Source: Candidatus Atabeyarchaeum deiterrae (GTDB lineage Archaea; Asgardarchaeota; Atabeyarchaeia; Atabeyarchaeales; Atabeyarchaeaceae). From it: a stretch of DNA of 64,000 nt. The notes under the pieces were generated by a model. The model made no database searches, was not told the DNA's origin, and saw only the letters and a list, made by a program, of their open reading frames with translations. Positions within the stretch are counted from its first letter, which is position 1. Every line of letters begins with the position of its first letter. The translations under genes were made by a program, and so were the position numbers. Positions 60,473-64,000 of this stretch are shown in pieces. The stretch spans positions 640,001-704,000 of the forward strand of contig CP147780.1 of the NCBI GenBank assembly GCA_037310415.1, read 5' to 3'.

Positions 60473-61564
60473 TTGTTTGGGTCAGTTCATTTGATGCGAT
60501 CAGGATTGATGCCGAAGATGGATGGTCAACAGAGTAAACTTGTATTCTTGTTGCTAGGGAATTACTCCACATTGCCCTATTCAGAGTGTATAAGCGTACT
60601 GGAGAGTAACAAGATCGGCTTCAAGGAAATCAAGAGACTTGACCAAGTTCTGATCCTTTCTGCGCCGGCGCAGGCTTCTCAAGTTGTTGTCAGACAGGCG
60701 GGAATGGTCAGACGAAGTTGCATCTTGTTAGCCGAGTCCCCCAGCCTTCCGCACAGCTTATTCCAGGCTGTGGACAGTGTGGATTTGAACCAGATTCTGA
60801 GACCAGAAACTTCTTTCGCCGTGAGAGTCAAAGGCGTGAAGGATTCATCAAAAGGTCTTAACATAAGTGAGCTAGAGAGGGAAATCGGAGGCAGGATAAA
60901 ACGGAGAAACAAGTGGACTCATGTTGACCTAGATAATCCGGATGTCCTTTTCTACGTCCTGATGACGGATAATAGAGCGCTTTTCTGCTTGAACATGTGT
61001 GAAGCTGAAGAGAAGGGGTTTACCCAGCGCAGACCATCATTTAGGCCATTTTTCCATCCTAGCTCAATGCATCCACGCCTAGCTAGGGCTATGGTGAATT
61101 TGTCTGGAGCAAAGTTCGGTAGCAGATTTGCCGACCCGTTATGCGGCTCAGGCGGGATTTTGATGGAAGCTGGAGTGATAGGATGCCATATAGTTGGAAT
61201 AGACATAGATCTCCGAATGGCAAAAGGTTCGAAGAAAAACTTGGATGCATTTGGGTTGCCTTTGACTAACATCTGTGTTGGCGACGCTCGACATATGCCG
61301 ATCATGGAAATTGACGCAGTGGCGACAGATCCGCCTTACGGGAGATCCTCTTCGACTAAAGGTGATCAAACTTCCAAATTGGTAGAAGAGTTTCTAAGAG
61401 AGATCACTTGGTTGCTCAGAGCAGGTAGCAAAGTGTGTCTTGCAACTCCCTCCTCCGTCGATATTGATGCACTCGTCCCACGTGAGCTCACACTAACCGA
61501 AAAGTACTCATTGAGAGTTCACAGGAGTCTTACCAGAATCATGGCTCTATTTGTAAGAAAGTGA
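60473..61564 (+). CDS. trm11: tRNA m2G10 methyltransferase Trm11 (THUMP + MTase)
   Basis: RPFFHP, LARAMVNL, DPLCGSGG, TDPPYG. Confidence 0.9.
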   Translation: MFGSVHLMRSGLMPKMDGQQSKLVFLLLGNYSTLPYSECISVLESNKIGFKEIKRLDQVLILSAPAQASQVVVRQAGMVRRSCILLAESPSLPHSLFQAVDSVDLNQILRPETSFAVRVKGVKDSSKGLNISELEREIGGRIKRRNKWTHVDLDNPDVLFYVLMTDNRALFCLNMCEAEEKGFTQRRPSFRPFFHPSSMHPRLARAMVNLSGAKFGSRFADPLCGSGGILMEAGVIGCHIVGIDIDLRMAKGSKKNLDAFGLPLTNICVGDARHMPIMEIDAVATDPPYGRSSSTKGDQTSKLVEEFLREITWLLRAGSKVCLATPSSVDIDALVPRELTLTEKYSLRVHRSLTRIMALFVRK

Positions 61565-61575
61565 TTTCTCGAGAG

Positions 61576-62535
61576 CTATGGCGCCCTGCCAGGGAGAACT
61601 TGGATTTCGGTCAGGTCTGCTGCAATGATTGTGTTCATGAAGATCCTCTGAGCTTGTTCCAGCAGAATTCTAGTGTCCTTGTACCTGTTTGAAATATGTG
61701 TTAAGACAAGAAGTCTAGCGTTTGCCTCCCTAGCCGTCTGTGCCGCTTGGCTAGCTGTGGAATGTCCATACTCCATGGCCTTTTCTGATAGACTGTCGTC
61801 ATATGTTGAGTCATGTATCAGGACGTCGGCGTCTGAACTGAGAGATACTAGATCCTTGCTCGGTCTTGTGTCTCCCGAGTATACTATTTTTCTTCCTCTG
61901 CGTCTGGGTCCGAGAACCATTTCAGAGGAAATGATAATTCCATTTTTCTGCTTTACGGACCCGCCGAGTTGAAGCCTCTTCCATAGAGGTCCCTCTGGAA
62001 CTCCAAGTCGTTTCGCTTTTTCGGGAAAAAACTCTCCAGGTCTGGATTTCTCCTGGAATGAGTAGCCAAACGAAGGGATATTATCGTGGTCTGTCTTGCA
62101 GACTTGAACCATGTATTGTTCGTTCTCAAGTATCTTCCCTTGTTCAAGAATCTCGTAGATAGTAACCTCAAAGCTAAGTCCGAATTGAAGTGTTTCTCTA
62201 AGAGCCTCGATGAATCTCTTGATTCCGGGAGGACCAAATATCTGCATTGGCTTGCTCCTTCTGGAGAGGGAGAGGGTTTGAAGTAACCCACCTAGACCCA
62301 AGACATGATCCCCATGAAGATGTGTGATGAATATCTTCGACAGCTTTCCATATCTTGTTTTGGAGAAGGCAAGTTGTCGTTGTGTTCCTTCCCCACAGTC
62401 AAAGAATAGTAACTCACCACCAAGCTTCAAGACTATTGAAGGAGATCCTCTTTCCACGGTAGGCACACTTCCGCCAGTTCCAAGAAAGAGAATTCTCAAG
62501 GCAATTCCTCCCCAGTTGCAGGAGTCCTTCCGCAA
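61576..62535 (-). CDS. rnz: Ribonuclease Z
   Basis: FLGTGG, DCGEGTQ, THLHGDH, SGDTRP, HIS.RY. Confidence 0.95.
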   Translation of the reverse strand: MRKDSCNWGGIALRILFLGTGGSVPTVERGSPSIVLKLGGELLFFDCGEGTQRQLAFSKTRYGKLSKIFITHLHGDHVLGLGGLLQTLSLSRRSKPMQIFGPPGIKRFIEALRETLQFGLSFEVTIYEILEQGKILENEQYMVQVCKTDHDNIPSFGYSFQEKSRPGEFFPEKAKRLGVPEGPLWKRLQLGGSVKQKNGIIISSEMVLGPRRRGRKIVYSGDTRPSKDLVSLSSDADVLIHDSTYDDSLSEKAMEYGHSTASQAAQTAREANARLLVLTHISNRYKDTRILLEQAQRIFMNTIIAADLTEIQVLPGRAP

Positions 62536-62549
62536 AGAGATTGTCTCGT

Positions 62550-62939
62550 TTACAATGAGATATAGTCAATCACTGATTTCACGTCATCCGACTCTATTTC
62601 GACTGTTATTGGCCCCAGAGGAGATTCGTTTTTTGTTTCACAGAAGTGAGCAACTCCCATAAAGGCAGCTTGTTTATTGAGATAGAACCTCATTCTATTC
62701 TCTTCAACCACGGACTTAGATAATGCCTGTCTGACGAAACTGGAAATACCCTGATCTTTTAGATGTCTCTTTATCTGCGACAAAGAATCCAGACCTTCGG
62801 AGACTCCCACGAAGTACTTCACTCCCTCCTCGATTTTCTCGCTGAAATTCAGTCCGAAAATTATGTTAGACAGTGCTCTTCTAACTTTCTCGGGATTTTC
62901 AGTCGGATAGACTGGAACCTCAACCTGTACTCTAATCAT
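62550..62939 (-). CDS. DUF54 / UPF0201 RNA-binding protein
   Basis: VYPTENPEKV, LNKQAAF.G, SPLGPI. Confidence 0.85.
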   Translation of the reverse strand: MIRVQVEVPVYPTENPEKVRRALSNIIFGLNFSEKIEEGVKYFVGVSEGLDSLSQIKRHLKDQGISSFVRQALSKSVVEENRMRFYLNKQAAFMGVAHFCETKNESPLGPITVEIESDDVKSVIDYISL

Positions 62940-63495
62940 CTGCAGCCACCTTTAGTAGTGTTCTTCTCATGTTCTCTCTGAATTCTGACTGGGACCCTTC
63001 ATTGGATACAACGACGTCGGCAAGCGCGATTACTTCCCCAATGCCGATATCAAGCTCGAGTCTGTCTCGATTGTAAGAATCCTTCCAAGTGTCTGGATCA
63101 TCTGTCCTTCGCCGTTCCTTCAGTCTATCATAGCGGGTCTTCGGAGATGAATGAACTGCAATGACATTCATATTAGGAAACTCTCTGCGGAAAACCTTGA
63201 CTTCATCTAAGCTCCTGAGGCCGTCGACAACTACGATCTTTCTCGAGCGAAATGAGCGGATCAGAGGGATACATCTCTCGGCCACAACATTTTTCCCATG
63301 TTTTTCCCTCAGGCAAACCATCATTGACCTGAGAGTCTCAGGCCCAATAGCTTGGCCTGAACCAGCTACCTCCTGTCTAATGATGTCACCCATGACAACC
63401 ACTGGTATGCCCATGGATCTTGCGACATCAGCCGCATCCGATTTTCCGGAACCAGGCATGCCAACAATTCCGATGACTTTCATTAATCCCATCAT
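62932..63495 (-). CDS. Archaeal dephospho-CoA kinase-like P-loop kinase (UPF0200)
   Basis: GMPGSGKS, MGDIIR, DGLRS..E, RDRLEL..G. Confidence 0.8.
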   Translation of the reverse strand: MMGLMKVIGIVGMPGSGKSDAADVARSMGIPVVVMGDIIRQEVAGSGQAIGPETLRSMMVCLREKHGKNVVAERCIPLIRSFRSRKIVVVDGLRSLDEVKVFRREFPNMNVIAVHSSPKTRYDRLKERRRTDDPDTWKDSYNRDRLELDIGIGEVIALADVVVSNEGSQSEFRENMRRTLLKVAADD

Positions 63496-63567
63496 TCTCC
63501 GGAGAACGAAGTTAAGTTTACGTTTAGCCTGCTGATCGTGGGAAGGTGTCAGCGGTCATCTTCCCAA

Positions 63568-64000
63568 TTAGGTGAACAAATGCGAGGGTGCCGCACGATT
63601 TGGAGTCTTCCTCATCTTGTCAAGGGATTCACTGAGAAGATCATTATCTATGACCTTTGCATCTCGAAGCATAGCAAGGTGGAGGGCGCTCTTGATCAGT
63701 TTCTCTTTAATATCGCGCCCAGACATGCCATCTAGTTCGAAAGCGAACTTCTGGAGGTCTGCTTTCATCGGAAGAGGTAACCTGCTGGCATACTGATTAA
63801 GCATTCTTATTCGTTCCTCTAGTGTAGGTAACTTGAATTCTATTTCCTCCTCAAATCTGCTCCGAACTGCAACGTCAAGAAACATCGGGGCGTTGGTCGC
63901 GCCTATTGTCACTACACCGGTGTTTGGTCTCAGTCCATCCATTTCGGCGAGGAATGCATTCACAACTTCCGAGACGTCTCCCCTTATCGACTGATACTTC
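63568..64000 (-). CDS. AAA+ ATPase, C-terminal part (5' truncated by window)
   Basis: IRGDVSEVVNAFLAEMDG, ATN...LD.AVRSRFEEEIEF, SGRDIKE. Confidence 0.88.
   Translation of the reverse strand, partial: KYQSIRGDVSEVVNAFLAEMDGLRPNTGVVTIGATNAPMFLDVAVRSRFEEEIEFKLPTLEERIRMLNQYASRLPLPMKADLQKFAFELDGMSGRDIKEKLIKSALHLAMLRDAKVIDNDLLSESLDKMRKTPNRAAPSHLFT

Noticed and set aside
1-64000. CRISPR arrays, transposases, integrases and rRNA; numerous antisense or nested ORFs
   Set aside because: No repeat-spacer array or mobile-element gene was recognised. The nested ORFs are shadows of well-supported genes.

Overview
Core chromosome of an archaeon. Gene content (PolD, two Cdc6/Orc1, multi-OB RPA, Elf1, eS30, SmAP3, L3-L4-L23-L2 cluster) suggests an Asgard or TACK lineage; this placement is inference. 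The window holds the likely replication origin (ORB boxes next to cdc6) followed by a bacterial-type parA-parB pair, plus porGDAB, glyA, the PolD subunits, ribosomal proteins, pgk, fumAB-tfrAB, dnaG and many RNA-metabolism genes. The main result is pervasive bulge-helix-bulge (BHB) splicing. All five tRNA genes carry introns (11 in total, up to 3 per gene, mostly at non-canonical sites). The same motif also interrupts two non-tRNA genes. A 41-nt BHB intron breaks the glyA (SHMT) frame inside an active-site motif, and a 31-nt BHB intron sits in the SRP RNA Alu domain. In both, excision at the standard BHB cut points restores the conserved product. All calls were made by eye with no database searches.
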